The notes: generated by a model not told the origin, from the sequence alone. 64,000 nucleotides of DNA from Candidatus Heimdallarchaeota archaeon (GCA_021399345.1 JAAFKI010000045.1:115228-179227); one strand, 5' to 3'; positions 1 to 9,116 are shown, numbered from the stretch's first letter. Program-made: numbers and translations.

Positions 1-434
1 TGTCTTTTAGTAACGGTTATTCCCTTACCTTTCATATCAATTACTTTTCTTCTGATATTACCTTCACGATTTATTTTCACATCTATTACAAAATAATCCT
101 TCTCAATAAATGGTATGAGATCAGGATCTGAAGTTGTGAATATTCTGTTATCACTAAGTTTGGGATTATTCAATTTAAGTTGGATTTGAGAGTAATTATC
201 AAAGGGACCTATAATCTCTTTATACGTACTCAAAGAGACTCTATTAGGAACATGACCAATAGCCAGAATCAGAGCTTCTAAAATCTGTGTTTTGCCACTG
301 CCATTGGCACCTGAAATGACAACAATCGGAACTTCAGACAGACACAATTCAGTAGACTTATGCATCTTAAAATTATATAGCATAAGACTATCAAAAACAT
401 ACAAATCTGAATTGGTTTCAGTTGTAGTTGTCAT
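1..434 (-). CDS. SMC/Rad50/RecF-like ABC-type ATPase, N-terminal head fragment (3' end lies beyond the window)
   Basis: Not in the supplied ORF track because it runs off the edge. A reverse-strand ATG at 432-434 opens MTTTTETNSDLYVFDSLMLYNFKMHKSTELCLSEVPIVVISGANGSGKTQILEALILAIGH... The N-terminal strand plus Walker A (GANGSGKT) layout is typical of SMC/Rad50/RecF heads. A TATA-like ttttaaatag (rc of 468-477) sits about 38 bp upstream. Confidence 0.6.
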   Translation of the reverse strand, partial: MTTTTETNSDLYVFDSLMLYNFKMHKSTELCLSEVPIVVISGANGSGKTQILEALILAIGHVPNRVSLSTYKEIIGPFDNYSQIQLKLNNPKLSDNRIFTTSDPDLIPFIEKDYFVIDVKINREGNIRRKVIDMKGKGITVTKR

Positions 435-492
435 TCAGTTCCACTCTTGGAATCTAGCGACAAATCACTATTTAAAACAAGCTATTACAGGA

Positions 493-522
493 TAAAAATA
501 AAAGAAAAAGAAAAAAGAAAAG
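493..522 (-). terminator. oligo-T tract cluster immediately after the stop of the 523-3618 gene
   Basis: The reverse strand reads cttttcttttttctttttcttttatttttat directly 3' of the TAA at 523-525. Archaeal termination typically uses T-runs. Confidence 0.4.
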
Positions 523-3500
523 TTAGTTTTTAAGTTTCTTTCTAATGCTTGTAGCAACTGCTGTAACAAATATAGCACTGATTGACCAGAAGACCAGATC
601 GTATGAACCTATTCTTCGAGTATGTGTTCCACCAGTAAATACATCAGCACCAGCGGAAGAACCTGTTTGAGTTGATTCTCCGTAATCTTCCCAATCTTCT
701 TCATCTTGAGCTGATCCATCTAATGCATACAGTAGAGGAGCATCTGCTTCTGCAGCTGTATCTACAACATCGTTTCCTACATCGCTTGCGAATCTACTAT
801 CATAGACCACAATAATACCAGGAATGTAACAACCATTACTCGTTAAGAAGAGCCATCGCATAGTTAAGGTTACTTCTTCACCAGGCAAGAGAGTTATTCC
901 TTCAAAAAGTATTACTCCAATACCTAAGTGAGTTGCATTTGTTGTATATCCTTCTGTTGTGATTTTTCTTAATAATTGCATTTCAGTTGCATTATAGAAT
1001 TGAATAGCTGTTATGTGTGTTCTTTCATCTCCAATATTTGTGATGATTATGGTAATTTCTAATTCCCAAGGTGCATCTGTTGGAATGATAAATTCAACAC
1101 TGACATCTATATCTAGTATTGGTTGTGGAAATGCAGGTCTTCTGTCTTGAGTCTTTGGTAGAACTAATCCCCAATCCATATTTGAAACAACCAGTTGATA
1201 AGTTTCAGCGGCTCCTGCAAATATTGAGGTTAATCCAGGTGCAATGGTAATCACTCCATCAGATAGGACTGTTTGCCCAACATCACTCTTGAATCCTGCT
1301 ATTCCATAAACTGGATGAATTCCTAAGAATGAATTTGCTAGAACATCAGCTTGACCATAATATGTTGTACCATTTTCAATTGTTCCAATATCATCTATCC
1401 AGAACAGCTCAGGATCAACAATTTGCCAATCTGCACCCATTCTTCCATGGTATAGGAGGAGTAGAACTTCTTCAGCGGGTAGATCACCAGTATTTTCGAT
1501 TGAGTAGAATACTGTAACTGGATCTCCAACCTCATAACCAGTGGCATCCAACGAAACATGAACATTTAGAACAGCTTCATCATCTGCTATTTGAAGATTG
1601 ATACCATTACTGAAACCAAAGTATTCAAAACCTTCAGCATCCATATAAGCGAATTTTGCTCCAGTTGATAGCCAAGTATTAGTCCATGGTTCATAGTAAC
1701 TCAATGGTCGACTGAATCTGTCACCCAAATGAGGTGCTATAGCATCACCTAGACCGAATAAGTATTGCATCACATCATACCCTGTCTTTTCTACAGTAGT
1801 TAGCTGCAATGCGGGATAACCAGCTCCAACATTAATTTCTGCTAGACCCATCATACCGTAGTGATCATCTTTTGAAGGGATATTGTCTAAAGCCCAGCTA
1901 ACATTTACAGATTCACCAGGATGTAACAATGCAATAGTTGTGTTGAGAAATACTTCATTATAAGTATCTTCTGACCCAATTCTTCCTACTTCTCTAACAG
2001 TAAAACCGAAGTCCATAAGATCTGGATCAAATATTGATTGTGCAGTATATAGTCTATTGAAGAGGTCATCTCCAGTTGCTTGTACAGCATCCCAGATTTC
2101 TAAACTATAATCAGTTATAACAGTTGGAATGTCTCCCATAGTGTAATCCATCATGTTAATCGGTACTAAGAAAGCTGTAGCTAAATTGACTAAAGTATTA
2201 GGTAATCCATCTGGAGAACTAAATGTTACATGAGTTGTAACAGTTCCTGTTATTCCCACTACATCATATAAAGCACTATCAGTCTTTACTTCTTGAGCAG
2301 TATTTAGAGGATCAATATCAATATAGGACATATCTGTATTATTTTGATACCATCCATCAAGAACTAGAAATTGTTGTTCATATACTAGATCTGGATAGGC
2401 TATATCAGGGAATAAAGCTCCGTCAAAAGTCAGAGATATCTCTCCAGTTATTGTATTAATATACCCCTCATCAATTGTCACATCATCTCTAAGTTCCCAG
2501 AGATCAGGTTTATTGGCTAAGTAATTTAAGAAATCAGGTCCTAATGGATAACTAATATCTATATCTACTGCATCTTCTGTTCCTGTGTTGGTTACATTAT
2601 AGTCCATTTGTAATCTGCCAAAGTCATTAAGCATATCTTGATCGTATGCCATATTAACAGATACTCTTGGAGAAGAGGCAAGTGCAGAGTGATCAATGTT
2701 ATAAACCACTTCATAATTCATTGCGGGTTTTGCTAAGAACCATGGTGCATTTAAGTCCCAATCCATCTTACCTGTAATCTGTGGAGCAAAGTTACCTGGT
2801 GGAGGTGTAATGCTCAAAGGATTGATAGTATAGGGGAATCTGAACTTAAGAACAGAGAATTTTAGTAATCCTATAGTTGGAGCTACATCAACACCAAAGA
2901 TATTGTGTGTTGATAGAGTATATGTACTAGCACCGGTTATTGCATCTACATCAACGTAATATAATCCTCTAGCAGCACTTATCAATCCGTCCAAACCAAT
3001 TCTACCCATAAAAGCTACTTTTACGGGAGAAGCAGTCACTTCAACAGGATCTAATAAAGATGCAAAACCATCAGATATATCTGTCTGATATTCAGCAATT
3101 AATGTACTGAATATGGTGCTTGGCATTCCTCCAGTAAAGAAGTATAAGTAACTTCCCGGCAATGCTTCAGCTCTTGACCACATTAAATTTGTTCCATAAG
3201 CCGCATTAAACAGTAAGGCTATTTCAACTGCTCTTATCAAGCTGCCATCAATCCCTAAAGACGAATCAATATCTAACAGGAGTGTAGCATTATCAGGTGA
3301 TTTGAAAGGTCTTCTTAAAATATAATCTTGATAACCTGATTGATCTGAGGCAATAAAAGCCCAATTTTTCACTTCGCTGAATAGTGGATTAGAATCTATA
3401 GCAGGCATTGCGCCACCTATAAGGTCTAATTCTATAACAGCTGAAGAATCTATACCAGCGATTATTCGCATTTCTTCTACAAAAACAGGATTCAAAGCAC

Positions 3501-3618
3501 TTGTGTTGAGTACACTTTGATCAGCTACTAATTGAGCTTGAGTCACTGACCCGCTCATTGTAAGTAGAATAACCGTTAAACCCAACAAGGCTGAACCCAA
3601 AATTGCCTTATTTTTCAT
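523..3618 (-). CDS. large secreted surface protein (S-layer/cell-surface candidate) with CARDB/DUF11-like beta-sandwich segments and a C-terminal TM anchor
   Basis: 1031-aa ORF. N-terminal signal peptide (MKNKAILGSALLGLTVILLTMSGSVTQAQL). Many N-x-S/T sequons. Segments such as YNVTNTGTEDAVDIDISY, FYSIENTGDLPAEEVLLLLYHG and ITIIITNIGDERTHITAIQF resemble CARDB-type repeats. Acidic linker, then a hydrophobic helix plus RKKLKN tail. Confidence 0.75.
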   Translation of the reverse strand: MKNKAILGSALLGLTVILLTMSGSVTQAQLVADQSVLNTSALNPVFVEEMRIIAGIDSSAVIELDLIGGAMPAIDSNPLFSEVKNWAFIASDQSGYQDYILRRPFKSPDNATLLLDIDSSLGIDGSLIRAVEIALLFNAAYGTNLMWSRAEALPGSYLYFFTGGMPSTIFSTLIAEYQTDISDGFASLLDPVEVTASPVKVAFMGRIGLDGLISAARGLYYVDVDAITGASTYTLSTHNIFGVDVAPTIGLLKFSVLKFRFPYTINPLSITPPPGNFAPQITGKMDWDLNAPWFLAKPAMNYEVVYNIDHSALASSPRVSVNMAYDQDMLNDFGRLQMDYNVTNTGTEDAVDIDISYPLGPDFLNYLANKPDLWELRDDVTIDEGYINTITGEISLTFDGALFPDIAYPDLVYEQQFLVLDGWYQNNTDMSYIDIDPLNTAQEVKTDSALYDVVGITGTVTTHVTFSSPDGLPNTLVNLATAFLVPINMMDYTMGDIPTVITDYSLEIWDAVQATGDDLFNRLYTAQSIFDPDLMDFGFTVREVGRIGSEDTYNEVFLNTTIALLHPGESVNVSWALDNIPSKDDHYGMMGLAEINVGAGYPALQLTTVEKTGYDVMQYLFGLGDAIAPHLGDRFSRPLSYYEPWTNTWLSTGAKFAYMDAEGFEYFGFSNGINLQIADDEAVLNVHVSLDATGYEVGDPVTVFYSIENTGDLPAEEVLLLLYHGRMGADWQIVDPELFWIDDIGTIENGTTYYGQADVLANSFLGIHPVYGIAGFKSDVGQTVLSDGVITIAPGLTSIFAGAAETYQLVVSNMDWGLVLPKTQDRRPAFPQPILDIDVSVEFIIPTDAPWELEITIIITNIGDERTHITAIQFYNATEMQLLRKITTEGYTTNATHLGIGVILFEGITLLPGEEVTLTMRWLFLTSNGCYIPGIIVVYDSRFASDVGNDVVDTAAEADAPLLYALDGSAQDEEDWEDYGESTQTGSSAGADVFTGGTHTRRIGSYDLVFWSISAIFVTAVATSIRKKLKN

Positions 3619-3811
3619 TTTAGACCTCCATTTATTGTCTACTCTTAGTTACTGTTTAAACGTAATATAAGTATTGTTTTAGAATCCACCCAAATCATGA
3701 AGTTCGAAAAAATTAGAGGTTCTAGTTACAATCTGTCTAAAAGCCTATAAGTGAAATTAGCTCTTTCTTGGAAAAAAAACTAATCATAAAAACAGAGTTA
3801 ACAGAATTAAT

Positions 3812-4822
3812 TTATGACATTTTTTCTCGAATTCTATTAGCAGCGGTTTCTGGCAATATTCCATTGATGTAGGTCATCGTGCTAGTTTCAACCGCCCCTA
3901 GTAATTTCAGCGATTTGACATTTCTCTGAGGTGTATGAATTTTAAAATAAAGATGGAACATGTTAGAACCTTGTGTATTCAAGGGACTCTGATGTAATGA
4001 AAGTGAATAGCTGATGTTTTTCTCGAAAATATCATTTAGCGAGATAATTGTTTGCTTAATAATAGAGATGAAAGAATTCATCTCGGATCTTGTACACTGA
4101 TGAAGAAAGTTAACATGCCGTTTTGGATATACAAACACATCATAAGCATACCTTGCAAAATATGGGACAAATGCTAATAGATTATTATCTTGAAAAACAA
4201 TTCTCTCTTCTTTCTCTTGTTCTTCAACTATGTAATTACATACCATACAAGATTTTTCTTTTTCTCTGTATTTCTTAATTGAATCAAATTCTTTTTGAAT
4301 CATATTTGGAATCATTGGAAATGCATAGATTTGTCCATGAGGGTGGATGAGGGTTGCGCCTACATCCTCACCATAATTTTCGAAAGGTAGTATATATTTG
4401 ATATTTTTATCTATGCTTAATTCTTTAGTAGCTTCCATCCATGAATTAAAAATTTGGGAAATTTCCTCAGTTGACAAATCAATAAACTTAGCATTGTGGT
4501 TGTCTGTATATACAACAATTTCACATTTACCATAACTCCCCATTTTAATCTGAAATTCTCCTGAACTAAATTTTCGAGTGTTACCCTCTGCATCTAGTGC
4601 TGGAAATTTGTTTGGAATTCTTACAGATTCTCTGAATTCTGGAACTTCAGGAGAACCAGAACATAGGGGACAAAAATCCTTTTTTCTATCTGGTCTTACT
4701 TGTCTTGCTTCTGAATATATAATATATTCACCAGTAAACGGGTTTTTTCTGATTTCTCTATGACTCATTGTTTTAGAACTTCTATTGCCATATTTAATTT
4801 CTTCGGACATTTCCAAGCTCAC
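3812..4822 (-). CDS. galT: galactose-1-phosphate uridylyltransferase family (HIT superfamily)
   Basis: CPLCSG zinc motif near the N-terminus and the HIT-type catalytic motif HPHGQIYAFP. Length 336 aa. The ORF opens with GTG at 4820-4822; the first ATG is at 4808-4810. Confidence 0.85.
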   Translation of the reverse strand: MSLEMSEEIKYGNRSSKTMSHREIRKNPFTGEYIIYSEARQVRPDRKKDFCPLCSGSPEVPEFRESVRIPNKFPALDAEGNTRKFSSGEFQIKMGSYGKCEIVVYTDNHNAKFIDLSTEEISQIFNSWMEATKELSIDKNIKYILPFENYGEDVGATLIHPHGQIYAFPMIPNMIQKEFDSIKKYREKEKSCMVCNYIVEEQEKEERIVFQDNNLLAFVPYFARYAYDVFVYPKRHVNFLHQCTRSEMNSFISIIKQTIISLNDIFEKNISYSLSLHQSPLNTQGSNMFHLYFKIHTPQRNVKSLKLLGAVETSTMTYINGILPETAANRIREKMS

Positions 4823-4860
4823 AAAGTTTCAAGTTTTTTTCCTCCCAAAACGTTTATATT

Positions 4861-6120
4861 TTGAGTTTAGTGTTTCCTCTTGTGTATTCAACAATTGTTT
4901 TGCATGCAAATCTGCAGTATGCAGAAATACCTATGAGTGAAATACCTCAAGTAGTAAAACTGAGCTATATTCCAGTCCTATCAACTCTTCTAGATATCCC
5001 TAAAATTGAGGTTGTTCTAAATTTCACAGGAGTTACTTTGGAGATATTGAAAAATAGTTATCCTGAAGTTATTGATTTACTTAAGGAAGGAATTGATCAA
5101 GGCAAATTTGAACTGACAGGTTGTGGATATTCACACCCAATATTCCCATTATTACCAGTAACTGATATGAAGAAGCAAATTGAATTTAACAACAATGTTC
5201 TAGAATCCACTTTAAATTATAAACCTAAGGGGTTTTGGTTACCTGAACTAGCTTATGACCCTCTGATTCCTAGAGTTCTCAAAAGTTTTGATTTCTCGTA
5301 TACTTTTATTGACGAAGAATTATACAAGTTAAGTTCTCCTTTACTTAATGATGCAAACGAGTACAATATCCCTTATTATTCTGCTTCACATTACATTATA
5401 GAATTCATGAAAGCGAAAGGAATATTTCGTAAATTTTTCAAGTATAGAAAAGCTACAAGAGGTCTTAAAAGATATGCAAGAAAATCTAACTTTTATCCAG
5501 TTGAATTGAAAGGTGTTAAAGGTACAATCACAGGATTGAAGATTCCCCAAGCATGGAGTATTTTCTCTACTGCATGTTTATTGAAATTTCCTTTTCTTAA
5601 ACCTAAAAAAGCAATTAAAAATCTTACAAAATTCAGGAATGATCCCGGATTAGTTATACCTTATGGAACCGATATCGAATTCTTTGGTTATCGAAGTTTT
5701 GTTGAAGGAAAACTTCCAACAGAGAAACTTCTAAGGAATTTCCTTGAAAAAATGACAAGGATTCAAGATAATCAGATGATTTTACCTTCTAAATATCTAA
5801 AAGATAACAAACCAAAAGATCTCGGATATTTGAAAACAGGAAGTTGGGCCCCTGATAGAAGATTAGACATTTGGACTAAAGATGAAGATAATCAGAAACT
5901 TGAAAGGTTGTGCTGGGAAGCTCGTTGGTATTTTGCTCATTTACCCGAAAATGAGATAACTGAACAAATGTGGAAACATTTACTACTTGCTGAAAATAGT
6001 GATGGAAGAGGATGGGATCCAATTCCTGAAAGAAGATTGGATTGTTTTTCGCATGCCCATGAGGCAATCGAATTGGCTAAAGAAAAATACCTTAATCGAT
6101 ATTTGTATAAGAAAAAGTAG
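4861..6120 (+). CDS. glycoside hydrolase family 57-like protein
   Basis: GH57-type conserved regions read by eye: VLHANLQYAEIP (region I), FELTGCGYSHPIFPLL (II), KGFWLPELAYD (III, nucleophile Glu), YGTDIEFFGY (IV), LLAENSDGRGW (V). The start is uncertain (TTG 4861, GTG 4870 or GTG 4882); a TATA-like gtttatatttt lies at 4851-4861. Confidence 0.7.
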   Translation: MSLVFPLVYSTIVLHANLQYAEIPMSEIPQVVKLSYIPVLSTLLDIPKIEVVLNFTGVTLEILKNSYPEVIDLLKEGIDQGKFELTGCGYSHPIFPLLPVTDMKKQIEFNNNVLESTLNYKPKGFWLPELAYDPLIPRVLKSFDFSYTFIDEELYKLSSPLLNDANEYNIPYYSASHYIIEFMKAKGIFRKFFKYRKATRGLKRYARKSNFYPVELKGVKGTITGLKIPQAWSIFSTACLLKFPFLKPKKAIKNLTKFRNDPGLVIPYGTDIEFFGYRSFVEGKLPTEKLLRNFLEKMTRIQDNQMILPSKYLKDNKPKDLGYLKTGSWAPDRRLDIWTKDEDNQKLERLCWEARWYFAHLPENEITEQMWKHLLLAENSDGRGWDPIPERRLDCFSHAHEAIELAKEKYLNRYLYKKK

Positions 6121-6183
6121 AGAATATAATTAATAGAACGGCAATATTTATATTAATCCTTCAAATCTCTATGTATTCGTTTA

Positions 6184-7038
6184 TTGATTAGATGTTGGGG
6201 TAAAATGGAAATAGAAATTTATATTCATGATGAGCATTGTGATCACTGCCAACCTACGTTAAAGTTTCTTACTGCAGTTATTAGTGCTCTAAAAACACAA
6301 GAAGTTAAATTAATCGTTCATCAAGTAAGTAAGAATAGGGAATCAGCTGAGAAAAAAGACATACCTTTAAATCAGCTACCAGCAATTCTTCTCCCTTCAG
6401 GATGCATTGTAGCAGGATCTCTATCACATGATTTGATAGGAGTTCTTGTATGTAGTCTTTTAGCTAATTCAAAAGTTCCAATTCAATCAATTGATAAGTT
6501 TGAATTAAGCAAGAAGGAAGCCCCCCTACTCCTGGAATTAGCATCTGCAATGATAGAATATCAAGCTGCTTACACATTAAGAAGAGATAGATCCTATACT
6601 TTTATTATCAAAGAATCTACAAATCAAATACCGTTAGAAAGATATGAACAATTATCTAAAAATACAAAAATTATGGTTCTAACAAACTTTGAAAAACAGT
6701 CCAATACTGAGTTGTATGAACTTGGTCTAGATCCTAATGTTTATTTGGGGCATATTATTCGAGACAATATCTACCTATCGGCTAATCTTATTATCTGGAG
6801 AGATCGTTCGAATCACGTTAGCTTCTTCAGAGTAAGAAGGGTTGAAGGTGAAAAATACGTAGGAACTTGCTCCTGCCTTTTAGGTGACGGAAAACAGATG
6901 ATTAAAGAATTCTTCAAACCATTGTTTTTAACATCTGCAACGATAGACACTGATGGTACAAAAGGTACTGGACAAAATAGAATTGTAGCAAATGTAAAAG
7001 AAATTAGTAACGATTTAGATCAGTTGCTTAGAAAATAA
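6184..7038 (+). CDS. hypothetical protein with N-terminal thioredoxin/glutaredoxin-like CxxC module
   Basis: The likely true start is ATG 6205 (MEIEIYIHDEHCDHCQPTLKFL). The CDHC motif sits in a beta-alpha context like Trx-fold proteins. I did not recognise the remaining ~200 aa. Confidence 0.6.
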   Translation: MIRCWGKMEIEIYIHDEHCDHCQPTLKFLTAVISALKTQEVKLIVHQVSKNRESAEKKDIPLNQLPAILLPSGCIVAGSLSHDLIGVLVCSLLANSKVPIQSIDKFELSKKEAPLLLELASAMIEYQAAYTLRRDRSYTFIIKESTNQIPLERYEQLSKNTKIMVLTNFEKQSNTELYELGLDPNVYLGHIIRDNIYLSANLIIWRDRSNHVSFFRVRRVEGEKYVGTCSCLLGDGKQMIKEFFKPLFLTSATIDTDGTKGTGQNRIVANVKEISNDLDQLLRK

Positions 7039-7045
7039 GCTACTT

Positions 7046-7225
7046 TCATTTTTTCTTTAAAATTCCAAAACCATCACATAAACTGAATTTAATCATGCAC
7101 TCTCCAGTTTTTGTAACATAATATTTACAGTATCCACCCATTATAGGTTCATATTTTTCACAATCAGCACCTGAATCGTCGTCTTCTGATTTATTTTTGC
7201 TTGGGGGGAGTGGGATATCTGCCAT
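7046..7225 (-). CDS. small Cys-containing hypothetical protein
   Basis: ORF-track entry 7046-7234 (GTG); an ATG at 7223-7225 gives MADIPLPPSKNKSEDDDSGADCEKYEPIMGGYCKYYVTKTGECMIKFSLCDGFGILKKK. Four Cys, no recognised family. Confidence 0.3.
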   Translation of the reverse strand: MADIPLPPSKNKSEDDDSGADCEKYEPIMGGYCKYYVTKTGECMIKFSLCDGFGILKKK

Positions 7226-7284
7226 GAAGCGCACCTATAGAAATATGAATTCGTGCAATATATAATATTTTCTTAATGTTTTAA

Positions 7285-7434
7285 TCATCCAGTTATATAT
7301 TTGGGGTTTATTCTTTCACAGTTAGGACAAAATTCATCATTCTTGCTTAAAGGTGTTTCACATCCAGTACACTTGAATGATTTTTCATCTTCTTCCTTTG
7401 CTTCTTTTCTCTCTGAATTTGCGCCACTAGACAT
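7285..7434 (-). CDS. small zinc-ribbon protein (49 aa), below the ORF-track length cutoff
   Basis: My own translation of the reverse strand: MSSGANSERKEAKEEDEKSFKCTGCETPLSKNDEFCPNCERINPKYITG*. CxxC-x10-CxxC is a classic zinc-ribbon spacing. It sits in an otherwise empty gap. Confidence 0.4.
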   Translation of the reverse strand: MSSGANSERKEAKEEDEKSFKCTGCETPLSKNDEFCPNCERINPKYITG

Positions 7435-7584
7435 TATCTAATAATACCTTAGAACAGATGATTAATAATTATTGCGGGTAAGATAATCAAGATTAACTAA
7501 TATATTTTTACAAGGACACAATGCTTATTATATGCCTTGAACCTCATAATCTTTAAGATAGATAATGAATCTGGCGGTATTAAA

Positions 7585-9108
7585 ATGATAAAATTAATTG
7601 TAAGAATAGATAATATGTTGGATTCAGAGCCAGAATATATGCTAATTAATTCTGCTTTAGCCCATAAGTATGATATTTTACCAGGGCAACTAATTGAGAT
7701 TTCTCCATTTAATATAGGATTAAAAGTATATACTAGTGACAAATATCCCGAAAACACTGTTGGTATATCTGGAAAACTAGCAAAAGAACATGGTATTCAG
7801 AAAGGTAATGAAATAGTTCTTAAAGAACTAACCAATGAGAATTTAATTCATCTGATTCATAAAAAAATGAATGGGGATGTTCTCCAAGAAGAAGAAATAG
7901 ATGCAATATTTGAATCAATTGATAAGAATCTAATGCATCCAACACAAATAGCTGTTTTGATGTCATTATTCCAAGTTCAAGGTTTAACTTTAGAAGAAAC
8001 AACATCAGTTGCTAAAGCAATAATTAATAATTCACAAATTCTAAATATTAAGAAAAAACCTGTAGTTGACAAACATAGTATTGGAGGAATCGCAGGTAAT
8101 AGAATAACACCTATTATGGTACCTATATTAGCAGCATCAGGATTAACAATCCCAAAAGTGTCAACAAGAGCAATTACTTCTCCAGCAGGAACTATAGATG
8201 CTGTTGAATTGCTTATGCCTTGTGAATTAACACTAGAAGAAATGACAGAGGTTGTTGATACCACAGGGGGTTGTATAGTTAGTGGTGAAACAGTCGGCTT
8301 AGCAGACGTATCAGATAAAATAATTCATGTCATTGAAAAGGTAAAAATCGATCCCAAAGAATTTATGGTTGCTAGTATTATTGCCAAAAAAATAGCTGCT
8401 GGTTCCGAATACGTTCTTATTGATTTACCAACAGGTAAGGGAGCTAAAGTAGTTCACAGAGAAAATGCACAACAGGTTGGTAGTCTATTCATTTCGTTAG
8501 CTTATGCTTTGAAAATCAAACTTGATTGTATAATCAGTCCTGGAGACAGACCTATTGGAAGTATGATCGGACCAGCATTAGAAGCAAAAGATGCTCTTCA
8601 AATCTTAACAGATCAAGGCGGAAGTGCTGATTTGATGAGAAAAGCTCTCTCATTGTCAGGTATAATTCTTGAAGCTCACAATTTGTGTCCTCGAGGATAT
8701 GGTTTTGAGTATGCAGAAGATATTTTGAGAAGTGGAAAAGCACTACAAAAGTTCAAAGAAATTGTAATAGCTCAGGGAGGAGATGGGAACATTAAAGTAA
8801 ATGATATCCCACAAGCGCCCTATATTGACACTGTAGAAGCAAAGAGTGATGGTGTTGTATATGCAATAGATAGCTCGCCCATCTCAACAATAGCTCGACA
8901 AGCAGGAGCACCTGCTGATAAAACTGCAGGAGTTGTTCTTAAAGTAAAAAGAGGAGATAGATTCAAAAAAGGTGACGTTCTATTTGAAGTACATTCTTCT
9001 ACTGAAACTAAACTGTCATCTGCAGTCAAATTAGCAACATCAGATTTTGAACCCATTGATATGGAAAAAATGATTTTAGACATTATCAGAGGTCCTAAGG
9101 AGTTGTAG
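7585..9108 (+). CDS. deoA: AMP phosphorylase (archaeal thymidine-phosphorylase-family enzyme with N-terminal extension)
   Basis: Core motifs HSIGGIAGNRITPIMVPILAASGLTIPKVSTRAITSPAGTIDAVE. An ~85-aa N-terminal domain (MIKLIVRIDN...ISPFNIGLKVY...GISGKLAKEHGIQKGNEIVLKEL) is characteristic of AMPpase rather than plain thymidine phosphorylase. The track ORF opens at TTG 7537; ATG 7585 is the likelier start. Confidence 0.85.
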   Translation: MIKLIVRIDNMLDSEPEYMLINSALAHKYDILPGQLIEISPFNIGLKVYTSDKYPENTVGISGKLAKEHGIQKGNEIVLKELTNENLIHLIHKKMNGDVLQEEEIDAIFESIDKNLMHPTQIAVLMSLFQVQGLTLEETTSVAKAIINNSQILNIKKKPVVDKHSIGGIAGNRITPIMVPILAASGLTIPKVSTRAITSPAGTIDAVELLMPCELTLEEMTEVVDTTGGCIVSGETVGLADVSDKIIHVIEKVKIDPKEFMVASIIAKKIAAGSEYVLIDLPTGKGAKVVHRENAQQVGSLFISLAYALKIKLDCIISPGDRPIGSMIGPALEAKDALQILTDQGGSADLMRKALSLSGIILEAHNLCPRGYGFEYAEDILRSGKALQKFKEIVIAQGGDGNIKVNDIPQAPYIDTVEAKSDGVVYAIDSSPISTIARQAGAPADKTAGVVLKVKRGDRFKKGDVLFEVHSSTETKLSSAVKLATSDFEPIDMEKMILDIIRGPKEL

Positions 9109-9116
9109 GTTAAATC

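Noticed and set aside
495-522. Poly-purine A/G-rich run (aaaaataaaagaaaaagaaaaaagaaaag), considered as a simple repeat or regulatory tract.
   Set aside because: On the coding (reverse) strand it is a series of T-runs directly after a stop codon. It is better explained as a terminator and is listed as such.
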